Source: an uncultured Candidatus Poseidoniales archaeon (lineage in GTDB: Archaea > Thermoplasmatota > Poseidoniia > Poseidoniales > Poseidoniaceae). From it: 64,000 nucleotides of DNA. The DNA lies in contig CACLCM010000001.1 of NCBI GenBank assembly GCA_902605365.1, positions 82,595 to 146,594 on the forward strand, read 5' to 3'. Under the pieces are notes generated by a model, which saw only the letters and a list, made by a program, of their open reading frames with translations, was not told the DNA's origin and did not search any database. Below are positions 1-8,610 of the stretch, one piece after another (within the stretch, counting starts at the first letter, position 1; every line of letters starts with the position of its first letter). The position numbers and the translations under genes were made by a program.

Positions 1-816
1 GGGTCAGAGATTATGCAAACTGGAGACAGTTGTGAGATTACTAGAGATTTCATTGATGAAACAGGCCCTCGTTGGGACTTTGTAGGCACTAGGTCGATTA
101 TCGGTACACCATTCAAGGTCTTGGATTCTGATTACAAGTTGGATTGCAGTAACTGGCCAGCAGGTACCTACATCGTTAGCGAAACCTATCAAAATGGACT
201 AGGGCAAACCACTTCAGACACATTGGAATTAGTTATTGTTAACAAACCTCCTCCTCATTTTACAATTGAAATAAACGGTAACGATGCTTTGGTTGGAACT
301 CCATGTACCATTTCACACGTACAAGCAGCTGGCGAAAACCATGATGATTACACCAAAGATTGGATCATCACTCCATCCATAGGAATGGCTGCAAATGCAA
401 GTAGTTTGGACTGTTCAAAATGGGATTCTGGCGTTTACAAAATACTTCTCACTGTCACCAATGATGAGGAAATAAAAACCACTGGCGGAACTATGCTAAT
501 TAGAATGCCATCCCCTGATGTTACCACAGATGATGATGCTCCAGTACTATCCCGTGGTGAAGAAACTGAAACCTCAAATGTCGGAATTTTCGGAATCGGA
601 ATTTTGGCGCTTGTACTTGGAATTGCAGTATTTGTACTGATGATGAAGGGCCCTGAAGACGACCAAATGGGCAACATAATGCTAGATGAAATCGGCGAGC
701 CAGATGCAGAAGGATTACCAACTCACCTAGATGATAATGGAATGCTTTGGCGACGTCATGATGACGGTGAAATGGATTGGTGGGACCGTTCTTCTCTAAC
801 TTGGAAGAGGTGGTAA
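1..816 (+). CDS. Surface-anchored protein, 5' end cut by window edge; two Ig/PKD-like repeats, C-terminal TM anchor, Trp-rich tail
   Basis: The frame is open from nt 1 (GSEI precedes the first Met at 13). No signal peptide follows that Met. Internal repeat DCSNWPAGTYIVSETY / DCSKWDSGVYKILLTVTN. Hydrophobic helix IFGIGILALVLGIAVFVLMM is followed by a charged tail. Confidence 0.6.
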   Translation, partial: GSEIMQTGDSCEITRDFIDETGPRWDFVGTRSIIGTPFKVLDSDYKLDCSNWPAGTYIVSETYQNGLGQTTSDTLELVIVNKPPPHFTIEINGNDALVGTPCTISHVQAAGENHDDYTKDWIITPSIGMAANASSLDCSKWDSGVYKILLTVTNDEEIKTTGGTMLIRMPSPDVTTDDDAPVLSRGEETETSNVGIFGIGILALVLGIAVFVLMMKGPEDDQMGNIMLDEIGEPDAEGLPTHLDDNGMLWRRHDDGEMDWWDRSSLTWKRW

Positions 817-817
817 A

Positions 818-1678
818 TTGTTACGAGACATTGCGTTTTGGACAATGATTCTCAGCGGTTCAGCTCTCCTAATAATGTTCGTTAAAGCCATGTGGAGGCG
901 GTATGTAAACCTCCAATCCCAAATCCCGGGTTTAGAAAAGAACTGGGTTCCTGATAATGCGCACCACTGCATAGCATCTTACAAAGGCTCGAAAGTTTCA
1001 TTGAAAAATGTTAGAGACTTCACTTGGAGCGGTAAGAGAGATCACGATTCTAAATGGATAGACACCAGTGTTGATGTCGACGACATCACAGATGTCTGGT
1101 ATGTAATAGACCATTTCCACAAGATAAAGGGACTTGCACATACTATGCTAACGTTCGAATTTGGTGATGGACAATTTATCACATTCTCTTTCGAAACTCG
1201 TAGAGAGGTTGGAGAGAGATATGACCCGTGGCGAGGTTTGTGGCGTGCCTTTGAATTATACTTGCTTGTAGCTACAGAAAGAGACGCACTGCACCTGAGA
1301 ACTAACGGCAGAAAGCACAAGGTTCACCTTTTCAGAGTTCAGACTCCTCCCGGTAAAGACAAGGCATTGTTCAACGCTTTATGTGACCGATTAAATTCTC
1401 TTGGAGAAAAACCTGAATGGTACCACACATTTGGTAAAACTTGTACAACGTCTATTGTAGACCAAGTCAACCTAATCACTCCTGGTCGAATTCCAAATAT
1501 GTGGAGGACATTGCTTCCTGGGCATTCTGCTAGAGCGGCATGGAAACTCAAGTTGATTGAGGACTGGGGTGGATACGAATCTACAGTCGAAGCATCAAGA
1601 GTTGATGAAAGAGCAAGAACCTGGGATGGTAAAGAAGAGTATTCACGATTTATCAGGGCGCATTTGCCTCCCAAATGA
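818..1678 (+). CDS. Membrane protein, DUF4105 (Lnb N-terminal-like) family candidate
   Basis: 286-aa ORF with an N-terminal TM helix (FWTMILSGSALLIMFV). The core AHTMLTFEFGDGQFITFSFETRRE ... GKTCTTSIVDQVN resembles the DUF4105 pattern from memory. TTG start lies 1 nt after the upstream stop. Confidence 0.45.
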   Translation: MLRDIAFWTMILSGSALLIMFVKAMWRRYVNLQSQIPGLEKNWVPDNAHHCIASYKGSKVSLKNVRDFTWSGKRDHDSKWIDTSVDVDDITDVWYVIDHFHKIKGLAHTMLTFEFGDGQFITFSFETRREVGERYDPWRGLWRAFELYLLVATERDALHLRTNGRKHKVHLFRVQTPPGKDKALFNALCDRLNSLGEKPEWYHTFGKTCTTSIVDQVNLITPGRIPNMWRTLLPGHSARAAWKLKLIEDWGGYESTVEASRVDERARTWDGKEEYSRFIRAHLPPK

Positions 1679-2231
1679 ATAGTAAATCCCCCGACTCGCG
1701 AGATACTTTCACCACATCTTCAGTGACCCTGTTTCCGACTCCTTTACTACCGGTTTGAACATCCTCTCCTGCAAGTTCAAATTCTACACCTGAGATTACA
1801 ACATCCTTAACTTCTCCAAATGCCATAATAGAACAAATTGAACCCTTTTCTAATTCGATTTCAAGTCCTTCTGAACCGACTCTACATGCTCTCCAATTAT
1901 CGAAGTATAGAATCGCATCAGATTCAGTTTCGAATAAAGTAGTAAATGACGCGATTTGATGGTCCAGTCTACCTCCAGAAATACCTACCACTGCATCAAC
2001 ATCATACCTTTTCAAAGCCTTTGACAAGTCTGTATTTTCTTGGTCTTTATCTGCCTCATATTTTTCAGGATTTGAGATTGAATCGAGGTCTCCAACAACA
2101 ACATCCCATGATTCAAAACGGTCAGCAGCTCCGTCTAATGCTATGATGAAATCAGCGGTTCCGATTAGGTCATTCACCAAGGATTCATCTCCCCAATTTC
2201 CGTTCGCCACAACTAGCACCATGCCGGCCAT
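1653..2231 (-). CDS. Thiamine pyrophosphokinase
   Basis: VLVVANGNW...ADFIIALDGAADRF...VVVGDLDSIS...DQENTDLSKAL...GGRLDH matches the TPK catalytic-domain motifs (aDgGan, GDfDS, dqdxTDf, GgRfDH). Confidence 0.8.
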   Translation of the reverse strand: MAGMVLVVANGNWGDESLVNDLIGTADFIIALDGAADRFESWDVVVGDLDSISNPEKYEADKDQENTDLSKALKRYDVDAVVGISGGRLDHQIASFTTLFETESDAILYFDNWRACRVGSEGLEIELEKGSICSIMAFGEVKDVVISGVEFELAGEDVQTGSKGVGNRVTEDVVKVSRESGDLLFIWEANAP

Positions 2232-2284
2232 GATTAGGGGACAATATTCTCCGATTCAAGCGGTTCGCTCCAATTCAACTATTT

Positions 2285-2305
2285 CGGCCCCCTTAAAGGG
2301 GGCCG
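2285..2305. promoter_or_regulatory. Perfect 21-nt GC-rich palindrome in divergent intergenic region
   Basis: cggccccctt-a-aagggggccg: 10+10 nt are perfectly self-complementary around a central A. It lies between the TPK start (2231, minus) and the giant-protein start (2346, plus). Confidence 0.35.
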
Positions 2306-2345
2306 TGTAATCATCCCTTGGGAATAGTAATGTAGGACGGTAGAT

Positions 2346-5300
2346 GTGATGGAAGTTATGTCATGGAGAAACAAGGGTATACCCCTCGCGATTTTCGCTC
2401 TCTTTGTGATCCAAATTCTCGCCCCTATGGTCGCCCTTCCAACTCCTGAGTTGTCTTCGAAAAAGGCAACTCCGTCACAGTCTGTCGCATTTTCTAGTGG
2501 TTCAGGGCATGAATTACAAGGGGATTTAATCAGTATTGATGGCAAGAATTGGACAGTAAGAGGGGAATCTGTTCTAGATTATTGGGACTTGACTTCGCAT
2601 GATGTGGATGCTAACGTCTCAATGGACCTGATAGTTACCGAAGATGGTACAGGTTATGCTTGTTCAATCAATGGCACTGATGTAAACATGCATACCATTT
2701 CTCAGGACGGTAATTTTGAAACTCTCCTAGTCGAAACATTATCCGTTCAAGCCGATGAGTGTGCAATCGCAATAGGGATTCAACATCGAATTCAAATTGT
2801 GTACAATGTCGGTGATGACTTGCGATTGGCTAGGTTAGCAGAACCAAATGCAGTATATGCGGAAAGAACATGGCATTTGCGAACAATTGTTGAAGATGTA
2901 TTCAGTGGAGGACTAACCATTTCTCTAGATTCAGATTCAAAAACTCAAATCATATTCCAAGATGTCGATATGGCATTACATCACGTATGGTTCAACAGAG
3001 CGTACTGGAATAATACAATTCTAGACCAAGGGCCAGTCGATGACGACATAGAAGTCGAAATCGATTCCAATGGCATGTACCACATTCTCTACACAAACCC
3101 CTCTGAAGGTGAATTACGCTTGTTGAAATTCAATGATACAACTGAGACAAGACAAGTCTTAGCAAGAGGAAGTACGGTAACTTCTGCTATTGGTATGGAT
3201 CTTGATGTCAACGATATTGGGCAAATAACCTATTCGAAATCTGACGGATTAGGAAATAACACAATTTCACTACTGCGTAGTCTCGCTGGTAAGGATACTG
3301 GCAGAATTGACCCTGACCCAAAATGGCTCATCAATTATGATGATGATTCGGTCGAAGGAACCGTTGCAAGCGGTGATTTGAATGGCGATGGCAAGGACGA
3401 CTTGGTTTACACAGACCCTGAAGGAAATGGGACAATTTCAATTCACTACGGCTCTCCCGGCGGACCTGGAGCATTAGCTGACAGGATTTTGGTAGGTTCA
3501 TTTAGTGACTCAATGTTGGGCACTGGATTAGCGATTGGTGATTTCAATTGTGACGGGTTTGATGATATCGCTTCGAGTGAACCGGGCATGGCAATCAACA
3601 ACTCAGGCCACATCTCTATCAGGTTGGGCTCTTCCTCTGGAGTAGCCACCGATGCATGGTGGGAAATGAATGGTAGCGATGATGACAACCTTGGATGGTC
3701 TTTGACATCTTTAGGAGATGTAGAATCAGATGGATGTACTGACTTGGCAGTCGTTGCTGACAAATTAATCGAAGAGAATGCTCAAGCGACATTAACTAAG
3801 AATGGATTAGTAATGGTTCTCAAAGGAAATGCAACCTCTATGATTCACCATGGTAATGTAACACAATCTGAATTTGGTTCCATGTTTGGACGTCAAGTCA
3901 TTGGAAACGGTGACATAAATGGTGATGGTTTCCTAGATATGGTTGTCTCCAATACAGGTAGTCTAGATACTCCAACTGGATATTCTTCTGTAGAATTCTT
4001 CTTTGGCAATTCTACCGGTATTGTTCTCAATAGTACAGGCAATACGCATGCTCCACTCGATACGGGTAAGTTGTATGGTGTTGAAATGGCATTCATAGGG
4101 GATGTTAATGGCGATGGTTTTGATGATATTTTAATCAGCGAATTATATGCTCAAACAACACCTTTCCATTCAGGAAAGGTCCACATGTGGGCAGGCTCTA
4201 GTACAGGACCAATTGCCGGTACATGGAGTCTGAAAGGTAGCTATGCCAATCAATTATTGGGACAAACAATTTCTCCTGCAGGGGATATTAATGAAGATGG
4301 ATTTGATGATTTCTTATTGATGTCGCCATCTAGTGCCAAGTCAGGAAATATCGACCTTTACCTCGGTTCTTCCAATGGTCCTAGAACCGATACTCAATTA
4401 TTCGCTCAAGGCTCCAATGGTGAGAATGTCGGATTGAATATTCTTTCAGGCATTGACTTAGATGGGGATGGAATGGGAGAAATTCTTTACTCTTCTAGAA
4501 ACTTAACTCGTGGTGATGAGTTCGGCCCACTACTAACCATAATGTCAGAAAGGGATTGGGAGTACGTCGATTTCTCATTCGACAATCCAGTTGTTGGAAT
4601 CGATATGCATACTCCTCTTCGAGGTAGCCCTTCGATGATGGTAATGCTTTCAGATTCCAGTGTCAATCTTGTTGAAAATACCCTAGATGGAACTCCTTCA
4701 GGGCGATGGGTGACACGAGCACTAACTACAGCAAACGACGCTCACATGGGCATTTCTAGTTCAGGCAAACCGTTGTTCATTCTAATTACCTCAGATAGTT
4801 CACTTGCTACAATGACCGTTGAAGGAAACACAGGCCTAGATTATTCACTGAACTCGGGAACTGGACTGGGCAAATTAATGGGTTCAGATATCGATTCTAA
4901 CGGTTATCAGAGGATTGGCCATGCCTCTCCTGGATTCTCATCAATCTTCTACACCGAAGAGGGAGCAGATGGTTTCACAACCAGTACAATGCGTACAGGG
5001 ATTGATTTAATTCACCCAATCAATATGTTCGTCGATGGGGATGAACTGTCTAGAATGGTATACGTTGATGATGAGAATATGGTCACATTAGCTACCCTAG
5101 ATGGCACCTGGAGCGAAGAATCAATCCTCAATACAACAATTGGAGATGACTTCGACTCAATCTGGGTAGATGATACTCTTCTATTCATTCAAGTTGCGAA
5201 TTCTTCAAACTCTACAGCACTACAATTAGTTGAATATCATAATGGGACCTCTACGGTCACAGATATCGCCAATGCTTCGACTAGTGCTGAAATAGAAATC

Positions 5301-8300
5301 TCTGATGGAGTCGATGACAAGTTGGTAATATCACTAATGGATTCCAATCAGCTAACCGTTTATGAGAGGGAAAGGTTTGGAACAGGCGACAATTGGAGTG
5401 TTGCAAAACAAATAGGGTTGGTTGCTAGTGACAATTACAATATGGCAATGGCTGGGCAGATCATCATCTTCGATGCAAATAATTCCGCCTCTCAAGGAAT
5501 CATAATCGAGGATAGTGGTAATTGGAGTTTAAGTTCTCTAGAAGTTCCTGATAGCATGACTGAGTATTATTTGTCACAGACCCAAGAAAGGTGGCATCTA
5601 ACCACTACCGATTCCTCAAACCAATTGGTTTGGACAACAGGCACAGTAAATGAAACTTCAACTACTGGCATTCAAACCTCAACCGTATTCCCTTCCATTA
5701 CCACAGATTACGTCGTTCCAGTACTGGATGTAGAAGGAACTCTAATGATGGCTTATTCCCAATCTTCAACAGATGATTTCCTCCTGATGAGGATGGTTAG
5801 TGATTTAGATAGAGACCTTATTCCTGATTCCCATGATGACTTGCCAATGCTTGGCAATCAATGGCAAGATTCTGATTTAGATGGCTTTGGAGACAATTCA
5901 TTAGGACCATCATCTGATGAATGCCCATCTTCATTTGGATTATCGACCTATGACCGAAACGGCTGTGATGATTATGACGAAGATGGTTGGTCAGACATCA
6001 TAGATGACTGTGCAAACGATGACGGGACATCTTGGTGGGGTTACTATGGATGTGATGATTATGACCAAGATGGTTGGGCTGACAATGACGCAACATTCGT
6101 AGATGGAGATAGATATCCAACAAATTGGAAACAAGCTCTAGATTCAGATCGTGACTCTTTCGGCGATAACCATGGTCCTGATTGTTGTGATGTAACCGTC
6201 TTGGGCTCGGTAGAAAGCAGCGTTCCTGACCTATTCCCATACAACCGTATGCAATGGGAAGACAATGACAATGATGGTTATGGAGATAATTATTCGGATA
6301 TAGAATTTGGAGACAAGTGTTTCTGGATTCAAGGATTCTCATGGAGAGATCGACTTGGCTGTGTAGATACAGATGGTGATGGTGCTTCAGACCCATCTGA
6401 CATTGGAACAAGCAAAGAGTGGACTGAGGAAGATGGCGCTGATTGGTGGCCAAATGATAGTACACAATGGGCTGATAGTGATGGGGATGGATATGGAGAT
6501 AATTCATCAGATGGAGCAACTCTTCCAGATAAATTCCCTACAAACCCTTCAGCAGCAAATGATACCGATAACGATGGCTATCCAAATAATTGGACTGCAC
6601 TGGATAATGGTACTAATCGAGCAGGCCTTATGCTAGATAGTTGCCCTAATGAGGCAGGTAATTCTACTTCGTCAGTAGACTCATCTGGTCTGATAGTCTC
6701 CTACTATGGCTGTACTGATACAGATGGTGACGGTCGAGAAGACTCAGCAGATGCTTTCCCAGATGACCCTACACAAATGGCAGATACAGATGGTGACGGC
6801 TGGGGAGATAACCAGCAAGGAAGTGACCCTGATAGATGCCCGTATGACTTCGGTGTAATCAACGGAACCAATGGAGTAGGCTGTCCTATAATCGGTGAAG
6901 AAAGTGATTATGACCAAGATGGTGTATCTGATGATTTCGACGATTGTAATAATACTCAAGCCGGACAACCTGTTGATGAAATTGGATGTTCAGATTATCA
7001 AAAGGATACTGACCAAGATTATGTTTCAGACGCAGAGGATATGTGCCCAAGCACTCCTATCGGTGAAGATGTTGACAGTGTCGGATGTTCAGATAGCCAG
7101 AATCTAGTCGATTCTGATGAAGATGGAATCTTTGACCCCTATGACCTATGTCCAGACTCAAATCCGCAATTAACAATCGATGAAAATGGTTGTAACTTGG
7201 CTCAAAAGGATACTGATGGGGATGGAGTTAACGACCTGATGGATGATTGTCCAGGCACTGAAGCAGGCATACCAGTTCTGTCCGATGGCTGCTTAGATGA
7301 AGCTGCTTTAGCGGAAGATATCGATGGTGATGGCTTCAAAGGCCCTTACTCTTACAATCCAGATAATGAAACTCATGAAGGCGATGCTTTCCCACTAGAT
7401 CCTACTCAGTGGCACGATATGGATGGAGATGGATATGGAGATTCACAAGCACCTGGCGCCAACAATTCTGATGATTGTCCTGAAGAATGGGGCAATTCAA
7501 CAATGAAATCTCGCTTCGGATGTTTAGACACAGATGGAGATGGATATCACGACTATCTTGGAGATGACAAATTCCCTGCGGATGGTACGCAATGGGAAGA
7601 TAGAGATCTGGATAGTTGGGGTGATAACCCTGATGGAAATGATGCAGACCAATGTTTGAACACTAGTACTGCAGGGGACCGAACAGAACAAGCAAGAATC
7701 AACTTTGGTTGTGCAGATTACCAATCTGATAGCGACAATGACGGAGTAACCGATGATGCTGATGCTTGTCCAGGAACTGTAGCTGGAGCGGAAGTTTACC
7801 CTAGTGGCTGTAAGAAAGAAACACAGGCAGAACCTGAATCTGAAGATGATTTAATCATGGGTATGGATTCAATGACCTTCTTTGCTATTGTTGGAGGAGG
7901 AGGACTTGTCATCATTGTACTGATAGTTTTCATAATTTCTAGAGTCCGAGGCGGAGATGACTTTGACTTCGATGATGATGATTGGGATGAAGACGACGAT
8001 GACGACGATGATGACTTCATGTCAAATATTCTCGGAAGAGGCCAATCACGTGGACCTCCTAGTAATGCAGGTCCAAGTCGAGGCCCACCTAGCCAAGCAG
8101 GACCAAGCCGAGGCCCTGGTGGCCCTAGTAGAGGCCCCCCTAGCCAAGCAGGACCAAGCCGTGGCCCAGGTGGCCCTAGTAGAGGCCCCCCTGGTGGAGC
8201 GGGACCTAGTAGAGGTCTTCCAAGCGCTGCAGGGCCGAGTCGAGGCCCCGGTGGCCCAAGTAGAGGTCCAGGCGGCCCAAGTCGAGGCCCAGGAGGTCCG

Positions 8301-8543
8301 AGTAAAGGTAAGAAGGTCGCCAAGCGTAAACCAATTGGCGATGCTAATGCTCGAAAGGCAGTAGCAGAGATGGATCCTGATTTATTCGCTCCTCAAGAAT
8401 TAGATGATAGAACTGCAGCAATCGATTGGACAAAGGGTGCTTTGAAAGACGGTGAAACAGAACGAACAATCCTAATGCAACTCCAAACTACTGGTTGGTC
8501 TGCTCCACAATCCAGAGCAATCATTGATTTGTCCAAACAATGA
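2346..8543 (+). CDS. Giant single-pass surface protein (2065 aa): signal/anchor, FG-GAP beta-propeller, thrombospondin type-3-like Ca-binding repeats, TM helix, repetitive cytoplasmic tail
   Basis: Uninterrupted 6.2-kb ORF with N-terminal hydrophobic segment IPLAIFALFVIQILAPMVALP. It has seven DxNxDGxxD FG-GAP motifs and many DxDxDGxxDxxD motifs. TM helix FFAIVGGGGLVIIVLIVFIISRV. ATG at 2349 is an alternative to GTG 2346. Confidence 0.9.
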   Translation: MMEVMSWRNKGIPLAIFALFVIQILAPMVALPTPELSSKKATPSQSVAFSSGSGHELQGDLISIDGKNWTVRGESVLDYWDLTSHDVDANVSMDLIVTEDGTGYACSINGTDVNMHTISQDGNFETLLVETLSVQADECAIAIGIQHRIQIVYNVGDDLRLARLAEPNAVYAERTWHLRTIVEDVFSGGLTISLDSDSKTQIIFQDVDMALHHVWFNRAYWNNTILDQGPVDDDIEVEIDSNGMYHILYTNPSEGELRLLKFNDTTETRQVLARGSTVTSAIGMDLDVNDIGQITYSKSDGLGNNTISLLRSLAGKDTGRIDPDPKWLINYDDDSVEGTVASGDLNGDGKDDLVYTDPEGNGTISIHYGSPGGPGALADRILVGSFSDSMLGTGLAIGDFNCDGFDDIASSEPGMAINNSGHISIRLGSSSGVATDAWWEMNGSDDDNLGWSLTSLGDVESDGCTDLAVVADKLIEENAQATLTKNGLVMVLKGNATSMIHHGNVTQSEFGSMFGRQVIGNGDINGDGFLDMVVSNTGSLDTPTGYSSVEFFFGNSTGIVLNSTGNTHAPLDTGKLYGVEMAFIGDVNGDGFDDILISELYAQTTPFHSGKVHMWAGSSTGPIAGTWSLKGSYANQLLGQTISPAGDINEDGFDDFLLMSPSSAKSGNIDLYLGSSNGPRTDTQLFAQGSNGENVGLNILSGIDLDGDGMGEILYSSRNLTRGDEFGPLLTIMSERDWEYVDFSFDNPVVGIDMHTPLRGSPSMMVMLSDSSVNLVENTLDGTPSGRWVTRALTTANDAHMGISSSGKPLFILITSDSSLATMTVEGNTGLDYSLNSGTGLGKLMGSDIDSNGYQRIGHASPGFSSIFYTEEGADGFTTSTMRTGIDLIHPINMFVDGDELSRMVYVDDENMVTLATLDGTWSEESILNTTIGDDFDSIWVDDTLLFIQVANSSNSTALQLVEYHNGTSTVTDIANASTSAEIEISDGVDDKLVISLMDSNQLTVYERERFGTGDNWSVAKQIGLVASDNYNMAMAGQIIIFDANNSASQGIIIEDSGNWSLSSLEVPDSMTEYYLSQTQERWHLTTTDSSNQLVWTTGTVNETSTTGIQTSTVFPSITTDYVVPVLDVEGTLMMAYSQSSTDDFLLMRMVSDLDRDLIPDSHDDLPMLGNQWQDSDLDGFGDNSLGPSSDECPSSFGLSTYDRNGCDDYDEDGWSDIIDDCANDDGTSWWGYYGCDDYDQDGWADNDATFVDGDRYPTNWKQALDSDRDSFGDNHGPDCCDVTVLGSVESSVPDLFPYNRMQWEDNDNDGYGDNYSDIEFGDKCFWIQGFSWRDRLGCVDTDGDGASDPSDIGTSKEWTEEDGADWWPNDSTQWADSDGDGYGDNSSDGATLPDKFPTNPSAANDTDNDGYPNNWTALDNGTNRAGLMLDSCPNEAGNSTSSVDSSGLIVSYYGCTDTDGDGREDSADAFPDDPTQMADTDGDGWGDNQQGSDPDRCPYDFGVINGTNGVGCPIIGEESDYDQDGVSDDFDDCNNTQAGQPVDEIGCSDYQKDTDQDYVSDAEDMCPSTPIGEDVDSVGCSDSQNLVDSDEDGIFDPYDLCPDSNPQLTIDENGCNLAQKDTDGDGVNDLMDDCPGTEAGIPVLSDGCLDEAALAEDIDGDGFKGPYSYNPDNETHEGDAFPLDPTQWHDMDGDGYGDSQAPGANNSDDCPEEWGNSTMKSRFGCLDTDGDGYHDYLGDDKFPADGTQWEDRDLDSWGDNPDGNDADQCLNTSTAGDRTEQARINFGCADYQSDSDNDGVTDDADACPGTVAGAEVYPSGCKKETQAEPESEDDLIMGMDSMTFFAIVGGGGLVIIVLIVFIISRVRGGDDFDFDDDDWDEDDDDDDDDFMSNILGRGQSRGPPSNAGPSRGPPSQAGPSRGPGGPSRGPPSQAGPSRGPGGPSRGPPGGAGPSRGLPSAAGPSRGPGGPSRGPGGPSRGPGGPSKGKKVAKRKPIGDANARKAVAEMDPDLFAPQELDDRTAAIDWTKGALKDGETERTILMQLQTTGWSAPQSRAIIDLSKQ
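3360..4500 (+). other. Seven FG-GAP (integrin-alpha-like) repeats, putative 7-bladed propeller
   Basis: GDLNGDGKDDLVYTD, GDFNCDGFDDIASSE, GDVESDGCTDLAVVA, GDINGDGFLDMVVSN, GDVNGDGFDDILISE, GDINEDGFDDFLLMS, IDLDGDGMGEILYSS, spaced about 50-65 aa apart. Confidence 0.7.
5800..7790 (+). repeat. Thrombospondin type-3-like Ca-binding repeat region (coding)
   Basis: Recurrent W(x)DxDxDGxGDN and DxDxDGxxDxxDxCP motifs, for example QDSDLDGFGDN, ADSDGDGYGDN, DTDGDGWGDN, DSDNDGVTDDADACPG. Confidence 0.75.
8044..8307 (+). repeat. Coding tandem repeat: nine exact GPSRG units plus two variants (Pro/Gly/Arg-rich cytoplasmic tail)
   Basis: The translation reads GPSRGPPSQAGPSRGPGGPSRGPPSQAGPSRGPGG... It follows the TM helix and an Asp-rich run (DDFDFDDDDWDEDDDDDDDD). 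Confidence 0.9.
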
Positions 8544-8610
8544 GGAATTATTAGTAAGGCATCAGGCTCAATAAGTGCGGACAGTTGGAAGGGAAGAGGA
8601 GAGGGAATTC

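Noticed and set aside
5998-6519. 173-aa minus-strand His/Leu-rich ORF
   Set aside because: It is nested antisense within the TSP3 region of the giant gene, another repeat shadow.
7796-8323. 175-aa minus-strand ORF with a collagen-like GPPGPRLGP repeat
   Set aside because: It is the antisense reading of the GPSRG coding repeat inside the 6.2-kb plus-strand gene. It has no independent start context and is entirely nested, so it is a repeat shadow.
8575-8610. GTG start extending the EF-hand/poly-Gln protein by 12 aa
   Set aside because: The ATG at 8611 is directly preceded by a purine-rich tract and gives a natural acidic N-terminus (MSDDVADV). The GTG extension (MRTVGREEEREF) is that purine tract being translated.
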